29,163 bases of DNA from a virus (taxonomy: Duplodnaviria > Caudoviricetes): positions 1 through 29,163 of IMG/VR virus record IMGVR_UViG_3300008255_000374. The stretch is one strand, 5' to 3'. Under the pieces are notes generated by a model. That model searched no databases and had not been told where the DNA came from. It was given only the letters and a program-made list of their open reading frames with translations. Positions 1 through 7,682 of this stretch are shown in pieces. Each line of letters opens with the position of its first letter. The stretch's first letter is position 1. Position numbers and translations under genes: made by a program.

Positions 1-755
1 GTCTGTGTGAACTACCGGAAGTAGAACCAAGACAAGTCATTGATTCCCTTGTAGGAATTGACTTGGGGTTGAAGGAATTTGCAGTCACAAGTGATGGTGA
101 GGTGTTCAACACGCCAAAATTATACCGAAACAAACAAAAGAAATTAAGACGTCAACAACGTATTTTGTCTAGGCGTAAAAAAGGAAGTTCAAATCGCTTG
201 AAAGCAAAGAATAAATTAACCAAAACACATTTGAAAATAAGAAACCAACGACAGGACTTCACACACAAAATCAGTACCGAGATAACCAATCAGTATAATT
301 TTGTAGCAGTTGAAGACCTGAATATTAAAGGCATGACCAAAAACCGGAGATTGGCGAAAGCTATTTCTGATCAAGGTTGGGCTATGTTCTTGAATCAATT
401 GGATTATAAGTCTAAAGCTAATGGTGGAAAGACGGTTCGTATTGACCGTTGGGCACCATCTAGTAAGACTTGCTCTAATTGTGGACAGGAACATCAGATG
501 CCTCTTGAAATTCGTGTTATGAAATGCGATTGTGGACATGAGATGGATCGCGATCTTAACGCAGCTCATAATATTCGTCGTTGGGGTCTTAAGTTATTGG
601 TAGGTATGGGACATACCGAACCAGGTGAGCAATCACCGAACGCCTGTGGAGATACCACTAACGGGGAGAGGGCATATGACTTCTCTAGGTATGTATCGTT
701 GAAGCAGGAAAAATTCTTGTCATTTGGACAGGAAGCTGCTACCCCTTCAGGGTAG
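1..755 (+). CDS. tnpB: TnpB RNA-guided endonuclease (IS200/IS605 family), 5'-truncated by window edge
   Basis: Frame is open from position 3 (LCELPEVEPRQVIDSLVGIDLGLKEF), so the ORF-track start at 63 is internal. RuvC-I GIDLG, RuvC-II VAVEDL, zinc ribbon SSKTCSNCG...CDCG, RuvC-III DRDLNAA. All three catalytic acids present. Confidence 0.95.
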   Translation, partial: LCELPEVEPRQVIDSLVGIDLGLKEFAVTSDGEVFNTPKLYRNKQKKLRRQQRILSRRKKGSSNRLKAKNKLTKTHLKIRNQRQDFTHKISTEITNQYNFVAVEDLNIKGMTKNRRLAKAISDQGWAMFLNQLDYKSKANGGKTVRIDRWAPSSKTCSNCGQEHQMPLEIRVMKCDCGHEMDRDLNAAHNIRRWGLKLLVGMGHTEPGEQSPNACGDTTNGERAYDFSRYVSLKQEKFLSFGQEAATPSG

Positions 756-767
756 CCAGTAGTTCAC
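1..767 (+). mobile_element. Right part of an IS200/IS605-type (IS1341-like or tnpA-containing) element
   Basis: tnpB followed by subterminal hairpin GCTACCC-CTTCA-GGGTAGC (738-756) and terminal GTAGTTCAC ending at 767, the usual right-end layout. Left end and any tnpA are outside the window. Confidence 0.8.
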
Positions 768-787
768 CCGAGTGAAATCCACTAAAT
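600..787 (+). ncRNA. Predicted TnpB omega-RNA (reRNA): scaffold about 600-767, guide about 768-787
   Basis: Dense hairpins overlap the tnpB 3' end: GGTATG/CATACC (603-617), GGTGA/TCACC (624-637), GATAC/GTATC (651-697) inside CCTGT/GCAGG, TTCTTGTC/GACAGGAA (714-734), GCTACCC/GGGTAGC (738-756). TnpB omega-RNA is known to overlap the ORF end and take its guide from the flank. Boundaries are approximate. Confidence 0.7.
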
Positions 788-790
788 AAT
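781..790 (+). promoter_or_regulatory. T4-like late promoter (TAAATA core)
   Basis: ACTAAATAAT, core at 783-788, upstream of RBS AGGAGG (808-813) and the tail tube ATG at 820; resembles T4 late TATAAATA. Confidence 0.65.
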
Positions 791-819
791 AGAAAGAATT
801 CTATTTTAGGAGGATAAAC

Positions 820-1407
820 ATGGCAGAAAGAACTCTCGGCCGCTTTGGGGTGACTTTGAACGGCGCTGCTTCAGGAATGAAGCAGCCAAAACCAAAGCAT
901 CGTTTTCGTGTTTTGCTATCGAACTTCGGTGCTGGGGGAAACTCCTCAAACTCCGTTACGCTAGAAACCAATTCGGTTGGCCGCCCAAACATTTCATTTG
1001 AAGAACAGACTGTTCATGGGTATAACTCACGAGCATACTACGCTGGAAAGTATGAATGGCAGCCCATTGAGCTAGTCGTTCGTGATATCACCGACAACAC
1101 CGTTTTGCGTTCAATCGCCGAACAGCAGCAGAAACAGTTTGACCAGTTCAACCAAGTTGGCGAACGAGCAGCAGCGTCATACAAGTTCAATATGACTATC
1201 CAATCAATGGATGGAACTGTAGATGGAATCATCGATGAATGGTTTTTAGAAGGTTGCTGGATCCAGTTGGTGAATTACGGTGATTATGATTATTCCGCTT
1301 CTGATGCGGTTGTAATTACCCTGACAATTCGTTACGATAATGCGATTCTCGACATTAACGGCGAAACAGTTCTTGATCCTGGTTCTTCCACTACCGATAC
1401 GCTTTAA
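820..1407 (+). CDS. Tail tube protein (T4 gp19-like)
   Basis: PKPKHRFRV...VGRPNISFEEQTVHGYN...AGKYEWQPIELVVRD...YKFNMTI...WFLEGCW...YGDYDYSASDAVVITLTIRYDNA matches the gp19 tube pattern; strong RBS. Confidence 0.85.
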   Translation: MAERTLGRFGVTLNGAASGMKQPKPKHRFRVLLSNFGAGGNSSNSVTLETNSVGRPNISFEEQTVHGYNSRAYYAGKYEWQPIELVVRDITDNTVLRSIAEQQQKQFDQFNQVGERAAASYKFNMTIQSMDGTVDGIIDEWFLEGCWIQLVNYGDYDYSASDAVVITLTIRYDNAILDINGETVLDPGSSTTDTL

Positions 1408-1422
1408 TAGCGGTGAGCTGGC

Positions 1423-2430
1423 ATGGTTAATCGGCCAACTCCAACTGATGCAGTAAAACGATTTGGGCTCGGCAATTCTGAATGGTTGCGACCGAAACCC
1501 AAATCGTTTTTCTTTGCTGAATTCGAGCTTAACCAAGCAATTAAAGCCGATGCACAGTTGGGTGTTGATTCGGTAACCCAAAATAGATTACCGTTGATGG
1601 TACGAACAATTGATCGTCCTCAGTTTGATTTAGAAACTGAAGTGTACAATCAATATAATAGACCACGGGTTGTGCATCATAAATTAAAATATCAAACTGT
1701 TCGTGCAATTTTTTACGACGATGTTGAAAACACAGCATTGAAAGTATTCAATCGGTACAGAAGTTTTTATTATGGTGATTTTCAAGGCAAGGAAAAAGAA
1801 ACTTCTTGGAACTATGACACAATTGGTGGATTCGAACAATCTCCCGGTTCACAGAATTGGGGTTTAAGCACGCTGAATAATCTCGACAACGAGAATAGTT
1901 ATTTCTTCAGAAGCCTGAACATTTATGAATTCTACAATGATCAATTCACACTTTTCAATCTGATTCATCCGAAGATTACACAATTTGAAATGGATCCTAG
2001 AGATATTTCAGAAGAAGCAATTTCTGAGATTACAGTGACACTAGAATATGAAGGGGTAACGCATCAGCATCCAACAATCGGCCAAGGAGTTGATCTCATC
2101 AACTATCCTATGAATCAAGAAATTGCTGATAAAATCGGGGTGCAATTTACGGGCGATGGCTCGGTGAGATTGTCGCCACCGGCCCGTATCCTTAGTGATT
2201 GGAACGCGGAACGCGAACTCGGCACCATTCAAAATATTCTCGATTCTAGAAACCCTGCCGCTACTGTGGGAAGTACGGTTTCAAACCGGATTCTTCCTCC
2301 AGTACTTAGAAATACACAATTACCAAATACTTGGAATCAAGCTGTCAATCAGACAGCTGTCCTTTCAGGATCCCGCAATGCGGGTGTTGTGAATAAACTC
2401 ACACGCCTTGCCCGTTCAATTTTTGGATAA
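1423..2430 (+). CDS. Tail tube-fold protein (tube initiator / baseplate-tube junction, gp54/gp48-like)
   Basis: VRTIDRPQFDLETEVYNQYNRPRVV..KLKYQTVRAIFYDD...LIHPKIT...ITVTLEYEGV parallels the gp19 motif spacing; adjacent to the tube gene. Confidence 0.65.
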   Translation: MVNRPTPTDAVKRFGLGNSEWLRPKPKSFFFAEFELNQAIKADAQLGVDSVTQNRLPLMVRTIDRPQFDLETEVYNQYNRPRVVHHKLKYQTVRAIFYDDVENTALKVFNRYRSFYYGDFQGKEKETSWNYDTIGGFEQSPGSQNWGLSTLNNLDNENSYFFRSLNIYEFYNDQFTLFNLIHPKITQFEMDPRDISEEAISEITVTLEYEGVTHQHPTIGQGVDLINYPMNQEIADKIGVQFTGDGSVRLSPPARILSDWNAERELGTIQNILDSRNPAATVGSTVSNRILPPVLRNTQLPNTWNQAVNQTAVLSGSRNAGVVNKLTRLARSIFG

Positions 2431-2435
2431 GAAAT

Positions 2436-2879
2436 ATGCCTAGAAGAGGAAATTGGGTTCAGGAGGAATTCAGTCCTAAAAACCCAGAAAAGTGTCTAAA
2501 CCAAGGACGGATTCAATCTCGATCTTCTTGGGAACACGCATTCATGCGTTTTTTAGATGAGCATCCCGAAGTCTTAGAATGGGGATCTGAGGTGATTGCT
2601 ATTCCATATTTTCATCCATTGAAAAAACGAACAGCGAAATACTACCCTGATTTCCTAATTCGATATCTGGACGCGAAAGGTCAAATTCATGCGAAGCTGA
2701 TCGAGATAAAGCCACTCAAAGAAACTGTCATGGAACACGCGAAGACTAAATATGACAAAGTAAATTTGATTATTAATCGAGCTAAATGGGAAGCAGCAGT
2801 GAAATTTTGTCGTAAAGCAGGTATGGAATTCGAAGTGATGCATGAGCACTTGCTGTTCAGGCGAGGGGCAAAAAGATGA
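2436..2879 (+). CDS. Head completion nuclease (T4 gp4-like, TnsA-like PD-(D/E)xK fold)
   Basis: RSSWEHAFMRFLD...WGSE.IAIPY...YYPDF...LIEIKP...NRAKWEAA motif set. Confidence 0.9.
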   Translation: MPRRGNWVQEEFSPKNPEKCLNQGRIQSRSSWEHAFMRFLDEHPEVLEWGSEVIAIPYFHPLKKRTAKYYPDFLIRYLDAKGQIHAKLIEIKPLKETVMEHAKTKYDKVNLIINRAKWEAAVKFCRKAGMEFEVMHEHLLFRRGAKR

Positions 2880-4720
2880 CATTTTCTAAAACTCATATTC
2901 GCGATATCTTTGAAAATAATAAATCGAGAGGTAATAAGTTTTTTATCAAACATTTTCCGAAAGAGATAGAATTTTTGAAATTATTCTCTTCTGATGTAAA
3001 AGAAGCCGTGTACTTATTCTTGAACGATTTCACTTTGGCTGATTTTGCTTGTGAGAACGGTAATAAAAGAAAATTCAAAAATATTCAATCCGGTTACATA
3101 AATTGTGCGAATAATTGTCTATGTGCGAGTAATGCACGATCAGCAAACATGCGAAAAAGGCACATTAAAAAAAGTTCAGAACAAAAACAGGCTGAAGCAG
3201 AAAAAAGAAAACAAACTTCTTTGAAAAAATATGGCACCGTTAACCCTATGCAATCCAAAAAAAATTTAGCAAAAAGGGCAAAGACAAATCAAGAAAGATA
3301 TGGTGGAAATTCACCAGCGTGTAGTCGAGCAGTTCTAGAAAAAAGAGCAACCAACAACAGAAAGAAACACGGCGTATCAGAAGTACTTCAACAAAATAGC
3401 AATATTCGGAAAAAAATCGAGCAAACAAATATTGAAAAATTCGGAGGCATATCTCCGATGTGCGATATTAACGTTCGCAACAAAGCAAAAGAATCATTGA
3501 AATCATCTTTTGGAGTCGAAAACCCATTTCACTCTGAAAAAATTCAACGTAAAATAATTGATCAAAATCAGAAAATATACGGAGTTGATTATCCTTTATC
3601 TTCAGAAATCTTTAGAAATTCATTGCGATCAAAACTAGCTAACCAAGGAATAAAAGCGCCGAATCACACAAACTGGTCAGAAGAAACCCGGGAAATTGTT
3701 TATAACCGGGAAAAATTCAAGCAAATGTGTGAAGATATTGCCAACAGTACCCTAATCTCAGAAAAGCTGGGAATAGATCGAACCACTTTTTTGCGGTATT
3801 TCCATGACGTATACGGATTGACTTGCGATATCACGTTGTCTAGAAGCGCGCCTGAAAAAGAAATAGGTGACTTCCTTCGAAGTCACGAAGTCGAAGTAAT
3901 AACCAATACACGCAGGGTAATAACTCCCTACGAATTAGATTTTTATATACCGGCCCAAAATTTAGCAATAGAATTCAATGGTATTTTTTGGCATTCAGAG
4001 GATCGGGTTGGTAAAGGTTACCATAAGAAAAAATACGAGTTATGTAAAGATAAAAATATTCAACTATTGCAAATTTGGGAATCTGAATGGGACAAAAATA
4101 AAGAAATAGTTAAAAACATGATATTACATAAGTTGCAAAAAAATACCAATCGTTGTGGGGCAAGATCTACTCGATTGGAGAAAATACCATATGCCTTGGC
4201 AACCGAATTCCTTGAAGAAAATCATATCCAGGGTAGTAGTAAAACCATATCAATATCATACGGAGCCTTTTTTGGAGATGAGTTAGTTGGAGTTATGTGT
4301 TTTTCTAAGGTTCATAATGTTTGGATATTGCAAAGATTTAGCACAAACAAATCAGTCGTTGGGCTGTTCTCAAAAATGGTGAAGAAATTCTTGAGAGAAA
4401 ATCAAGTAACCGAGTTGGTATCTTTTTCTGATAACCGGTGGTCAGAAGGAGAATTATACAGGGTGAATAATTGGAAATTAGAAAGTGAATTGCCGCCTGA
4501 CTATTATTATACTGATTTAGAAAACGTGTTTCATAAATCATTATTTAGGAAAAACAGTATTGCAAAAAAATTCAATGTAGAAACGCAGGAGAAAACCGAA
4601 AAACAACTGATGGCTGATTTGGGTTTCTTGCGTTTATGGGATGCCGGAAAGAAAAAATGGCGATTGAAATGCACCGCCGTTGCTTATAAAAGAGGATACG
4701 ATGACAAAACAAATGGCTGA
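2876..4720 (+). CDS. Free-standing homing endonuclease-like protein (Hef-like): repeats + HTH + Vsr-like nuclease + GNAT-like C-terminal domain
   Basis: About 23-aa repeats with (Y/F/H)G..xP core; SRSAPEKEI...YELDFYIP..NLAIEFNGIFWHS...QIWESEW nuclease core; C-terminal FLEENHIQG...ELVGVMCF...RFST...VSFSDNRWSEGELY...WDAGK. AT-rich, overlaps both neighbours (ATGA at 2876). Confidence 0.75.
   Translation: MTFSKTHIRDIFENNKSRGNKFFIKHFPKEIEFLKLFSSDVKEAVYLFLNDFTLADFACENGNKRKFKNIQSGYINCANNCLCASNARSANMRKRHIKKSSEQKQAEAEKRKQTSLKKYGTVNPMQSKKNLAKRAKTNQERYGGNSPACSRAVLEKRATNNRKKHGVSEVLQQNSNIRKKIEQTNIEKFGGISPMCDINVRNKAKESLKSSFGVENPFHSEKIQRKIIDQNQKIYGVDYPLSSEIFRNSLRSKLANQGIKAPNHTNWSEETREIVYNREKFKQMCEDIANSTLISEKLGIDRTTFLRYFHDVYGLTCDITLSRSAPEKEIGDFLRSHEVEVITNTRRVITPYELDFYIPAQNLAIEFNGIFWHSEDRVGKGYHKKKYELCKDKNIQLLQIWESEWDKNKEIVKNMILHKLQKNTNRCGARSTRLEKIPYALATEFLEENHIQGSSKTISISYGAFFGDELVGVMCFSKVHNVWILQRFSTNKSVVGLFSKMVKKFLRENQVTELVSFSDNRWSEGELYRVNNWKLESELPPDYYYTDLENVFHKSLFRKNSIAKKFNVETQEKTEKQLMADLGFLRLWDAGKKKWRLKCTAVAYKRGYDDKTNG
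3190..3610 (+). repeat. Six degenerate ~23-aa protein repeats in the endonuclease
   Basis: KKYGTVNPMQS / ERYGGNSPACS / KKHGVSEVLQQ / EKFGGISPMCD / SSFGVENPFHS / KIYGVDYPLSS; similarity is at the protein level only. Confidence 0.8.
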
Positions 4721-5207
4721 TTCATTAGGAATGAATGATCTTGATAGAGTTAAGAAAGCTCTTAAGGTTTTGAAAGAGAAAGAGGAAACGGATAGCGATG
4801 ACGAAGATGACTTCTCATCAGATGAAATAAATTTCGCATTGCGGGAATGTCAATCCTTAGAGAAAGCCTTGTCGGTAGTTGATGACCCTGAGTTCGATGG
4901 TGAAATGGATGATATCGCCAAGGATTCTGAAGAAGCAAGTAAAGAATTATTAGACTTGGGAATGCAGGTAGAAACGAAATACACTGCTGAAATTGTTTCG
5001 GCAGCCGAACGATTTAAATCTACTCAACTTGCAGCGAAAAAAGCAAAAGCAGATAGGAAGCTCAAGATGCTTGATTTGAAGCTGAAAGAGCGCCGCCTAG
5101 ATCTGCTTGAGCAGAAACAAAATTCAACCCTAAGCAAGGGAGTAATAGACGGCGATGGTGAATATTTCGATGATGATAGGGACGCCATACTTGATGGAGA
5201 AGACTAA
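4701..5207 (+). CDS. Conserved helical phage protein, possibly terminase small subunit-like
   Basis: RBS AGAGGA (4691-4696) favours ATG 4701 over TTG 4680. Predicted long helices (MDDIAKDSEEASKELLDLGMQV...KADRKLKMLDLKLKERRLD). The function guess rests on context only. Confidence 0.55.
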   Translation: MTKQMADSLGMNDLDRVKKALKVLKEKEETDSDDEDDFSSDEINFALRECQSLEKALSVVDDPEFDGEMDDIAKDSEEASKELLDLGMQVETKYTAEIVSAAERFKSTQLAAKKAKADRKLKMLDLKLKERRLDLLEQKQNSTLSKGVIDGDGEYFDDDRDAILDGED

Positions 5208-5219
5208 ATAACAAAAAGA
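5200..5219 (+). promoter_or_regulatory. Late promoter, extended motif AAGACTAAATAACAAAAAGA
   Basis: TAAATA 5205-5210 overlaps the upstream stop codon; identical 20-mer on the minus strand at 28924-28943. Confidence 0.7.
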
Positions 5220-5240
5220 GTTCTTACAAAGGATGAAACT

Positions 5241-5894
5241 ATGTCGAAAAAATTGCAAGATTATTTGATGACACAGAATAAGGAACACAAATTTCGTTTG
5301 AAATTTGCGTTTGAACCGAAAGCTGTTGATCGTGATCGTTTAGAAAGACATCTCAGAAAGTATGATGTTGTGGAAATCGGTCCGATGTCAAAGACCATTT
5401 TCCAAGCAAATCCTATTGATTTTGCCGATATCAAGAATTCGGAAATTTGGATTATGGATATCGTTCTAGGATTTCCCGTTCCGTCATACGTGCTAAAGGA
5501 AGAAATTAGATCACTATTCAAAGTCGCAGAAAAATTCGTGGTTGTTCGATCTGAACACGATCCTCTTTTGGATCAATCTGACGACATCATCGAAGACGAA
5601 GCAGATGATCATAATATGCATTTGCCGGTAGACGGAGAAGCGAAATTAGATGATCCCTTTTATGAAAAAGAGTTGAATCCAGACGCAGAAGCATATTACG
5701 GTGATACCTACAATCAGGGAATGCTCGATACATTCCGTTCCGAAAAAGCAAAATTTGATGCACGATATGCCAAATATGATTATCCTGCAGGAGAAGGCCT
5801 TTTCCCAGAACCGGCTAAAGATTCTGATGTGAAACAGGACACCGGACCAACAAAAGAAACCACAGTATCGAGCCCGAAATGGAGACAGGCATAA
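5241..5894 (+). CDS. Conserved hypothetical phage protein (late, probably head-associated)
   Basis: 217-aa ORF with RBS AAGGA, behind the late promoter motif; acidic C-terminal half. Confidence 0.7.
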   Translation: MSKKLQDYLMTQNKEHKFRLKFAFEPKAVDRDRLERHLRKYDVVEIGPMSKTIFQANPIDFADIKNSEIWIMDIVLGFPVPSYVLKEEIRSLFKVAEKFVVVRSEHDPLLDQSDDIIEDEADDHNMHLPVDGEAKLDDPFYEKELNPDAEAYYGDTYNQGMLDTFRSEKAKFDARYAKYDYPAGEGLFPEPAKDSDVKQDTGPTKETTVSSPKWRQA

Positions 5895-7288
5895 TGAAAA
5901 AGACAAGAATTAAAGAAGCCCAATACACTTTGAGTGTAGATGGTTTGAACTCAGCCGATGCTGAAACACTTTCGAGAATCCTTTCGTTGGCCGGCCAGGC
6001 AGAAACCGGAGGAACATCTATCGGAACTCCTATGGATGCTGACCTTGGTTTAGGTTCATCAAATGCTTTGATGCCTGGTGATGATGCGTTGGGTGCTGAT
6101 CTAATGACAGGCACCCCGGAACTAGGCATGGATGATTTTGATGAAATTCCATCAGAGGATCAAATGGATGATGGGATTCCTGGTGAACTTGGTTCAGATC
6201 CAATCGAAGCACCGCTAGATACGATGGATTCTTCAATCGATGATCTTCCACCTGAAGATGACGATTTTGAAATCAATCAAGAAGTAATGGAAGAAGATTA
6301 TCTCGAAGCAGACGATGCAACAAAGGATACTGAAGAAATTGATGAAGAAATTGATGAAGAAATTGAACGGGTATGCCGTTCTGCGGGAGTAAAGGAAAAT
6401 TCAACAAGCCGTTATCCTTGGCTAGATAGCGATCGCCGCCCAGGTGCAAATATGGGAAAGGATGTCGATATGGATAATCCAGAAGAAGTAGCCAGACACC
6501 CACATGAGCCATTTGATGTAGATGGCGACGGAAAGCATACGCATGCTGATCACGACCGCAAAGAAACACAATCAAAAGAATTTAATATGCGAGAGTTTAT
6601 TGATTCACTAGCAGAAGAAGACGACGGGGATGATGAGGGCCACAAAAATATCATTGTTCAGCTTCGTAAGGTACTTTCATTGAGAAACAACCCTCCGAAG
6701 GTTCGTTTCAATAATGGCGAAACGGTTGATGTTGATGCAAAGACAGCCGAGCGCGCTCTTGCCAAATTTAATAGTTTTCAGAAACCAAATGATAAGCGTG
6801 AATTTATGGATCAGATTTCACAGTCTCCTAAGGCACTCATGACATTGGAAGAGAGTGGAGACGATAACGGAATCGTCTGGTTTGATATATCCGAAATGAC
6901 CAGTGAAGATCTGTTTTATTTGGATAATATGTCGACTGCTAGGGGTCAGGCAGGATTGAATTTAGAATATGGCGAGGAGTTCGATAAGCCGGAATATGTT
7001 ATGGGTTCTTCCGATCCGGAAATTATTTCTTGGTTAGAAACCAGAGCGAAGCCATTCACTCCTGTGAGGGAAGAAGAAAGTTCTGGTATTGATTTCCAGA
7101 ATAGATCAAATGAACATCAGTATGACCTTGAAGGGATGCGTCATCAGTCCGGCGGTGATTCCGGAGAACAGCGTTATACACATGCTAAATCCGGAAATAA
7201 TCCTTTGAAGACGCCTGATGAATTGAATGAAGACTCTTACATTAAGTTGTCTGAAGAGTTCGAGCGTTTTAAAAAGGATAATGCATAA
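5894..7288 (+). CDS. Large acidic low-complexity protein, putative internal head / prohead core protein
   Basis: Start likely at the TAATG overlap (5894) rather than 5879. Very D/E-rich, LSRILSLAG and IERVCRSAG motifs, multiple [LIV]xE sites, one basic folded-looking segment (KNIIVQLRK...QISQSP). Confidence 0.6.
   Translation: MKKTRIKEAQYTLSVDGLNSADAETLSRILSLAGQAETGGTSIGTPMDADLGLGSSNALMPGDDALGADLMTGTPELGMDDFDEIPSEDQMDDGIPGELGSDPIEAPLDTMDSSIDDLPPEDDDFEINQEVMEEDYLEADDATKDTEEIDEEIDEEIERVCRSAGVKENSTSRYPWLDSDRRPGANMGKDVDMDNPEEVARHPHEPFDVDGDGKHTHADHDRKETQSKEFNMREFIDSLAEEDDGDDEGHKNIIVQLRKVLSLRNNPPKVRFNNGETVDVDAKTAERALAKFNSFQKPNDKREFMDQISQSPKALMTLEESGDDNGIVWFDISEMTSEDLFYLDNMSTARGQAGLNLEYGEEFDKPEYVMGSSDPEIISWLETRAKPFTPVREEESSGIDFQNRSNEHQYDLEGMRHQSGGDSGEQRYTHAKSGNNPLKTPDELNEDSYIKLSEEFERFKKDNA
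6331..6366 (+). repeat. Perfect 12-bp tandem repeat x3 (TGAAGAAATTGA), in-frame
   Basis: Encodes EEID-EEID-EEIE. Confidence 0.95.
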
Positions 7289-7628
7289 GTTTCATGAATT
7301 CTTTTTAAATGAATTGAGGCCGCTCGTTGATGCGGCCTCATCTTCTGATAAGAAATTCATCTTATCATGTTTTATGAATGGCTCACCGATTCGTTTAACT
7401 CCGGTAGGATATCAATATCTGAAGAAATCCAAACTCATGGCATATCTTAGCATAAGAATATCATCTAGGCAAACCAGCCCAAGAGAACTGTTAGAGATTA
7501 CTCGACGCACTAATTTTCCGTTTTTTCTAGACGCGAATAAATTTGTTACATTTGACCCGAAAATCATAACTCACCTGCACCTGCTAGACAGAAATTTTGA
7601 TCTCTGGATGAACAGAAAAAATTCTTGA
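7281..7628 (+). CDS. Hypothetical phage protein
   Basis: RBS AAGGA before ATG 7281 (more likely than 7227); fills the gap in the gene-dense strand; RLTPVGYQYL motif. Confidence 0.6.
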   Translation: MHKFHEFFLNELRPLVDAASSSDKKFILSCFMNGSPIRLTPVGYQYLKKSKLMAYLSIRISSRQTSPRELLEITRRTNFPFFLDANKFVTFDPKIITHLHLLDRNFDLWMNRKNS

Positions 7629-7652
7629 CTTTTCATACAACGAATATATTCT
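7625..7652 (+). promoter_or_regulatory. Putative sigma70-like promoter
   Basis: TTGACT (7625-7630)-N16-TATTCT (7647-7652), upstream of RBS AAGGAG and ATG 7683. Confidence 0.45.
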
Positions 7653-7682
7653 TGAAAAGAACACGATTCGCAAGGAGCAAAA

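Noticed and set aside
768-790. TnpB guide as a global regulator of all late promoters (TldR-like)
   Set aside because: RuvC catalytic residues are intact and the shared ACTAAATAA lies at the distal end of the guide; the seed CCGAGTGAAATC has no convincing match elsewhere in the window.
4666-4706. Degenerate duplication of the gp4-like gene 3' end at the far side of the endonuclease (ATGCA..TTGCT..GAGG..ATGACA)
   Set aside because: The similarity is short, needs gaps and is partly explained by RBS and start codon; cannot be told from chance without an empty allele.
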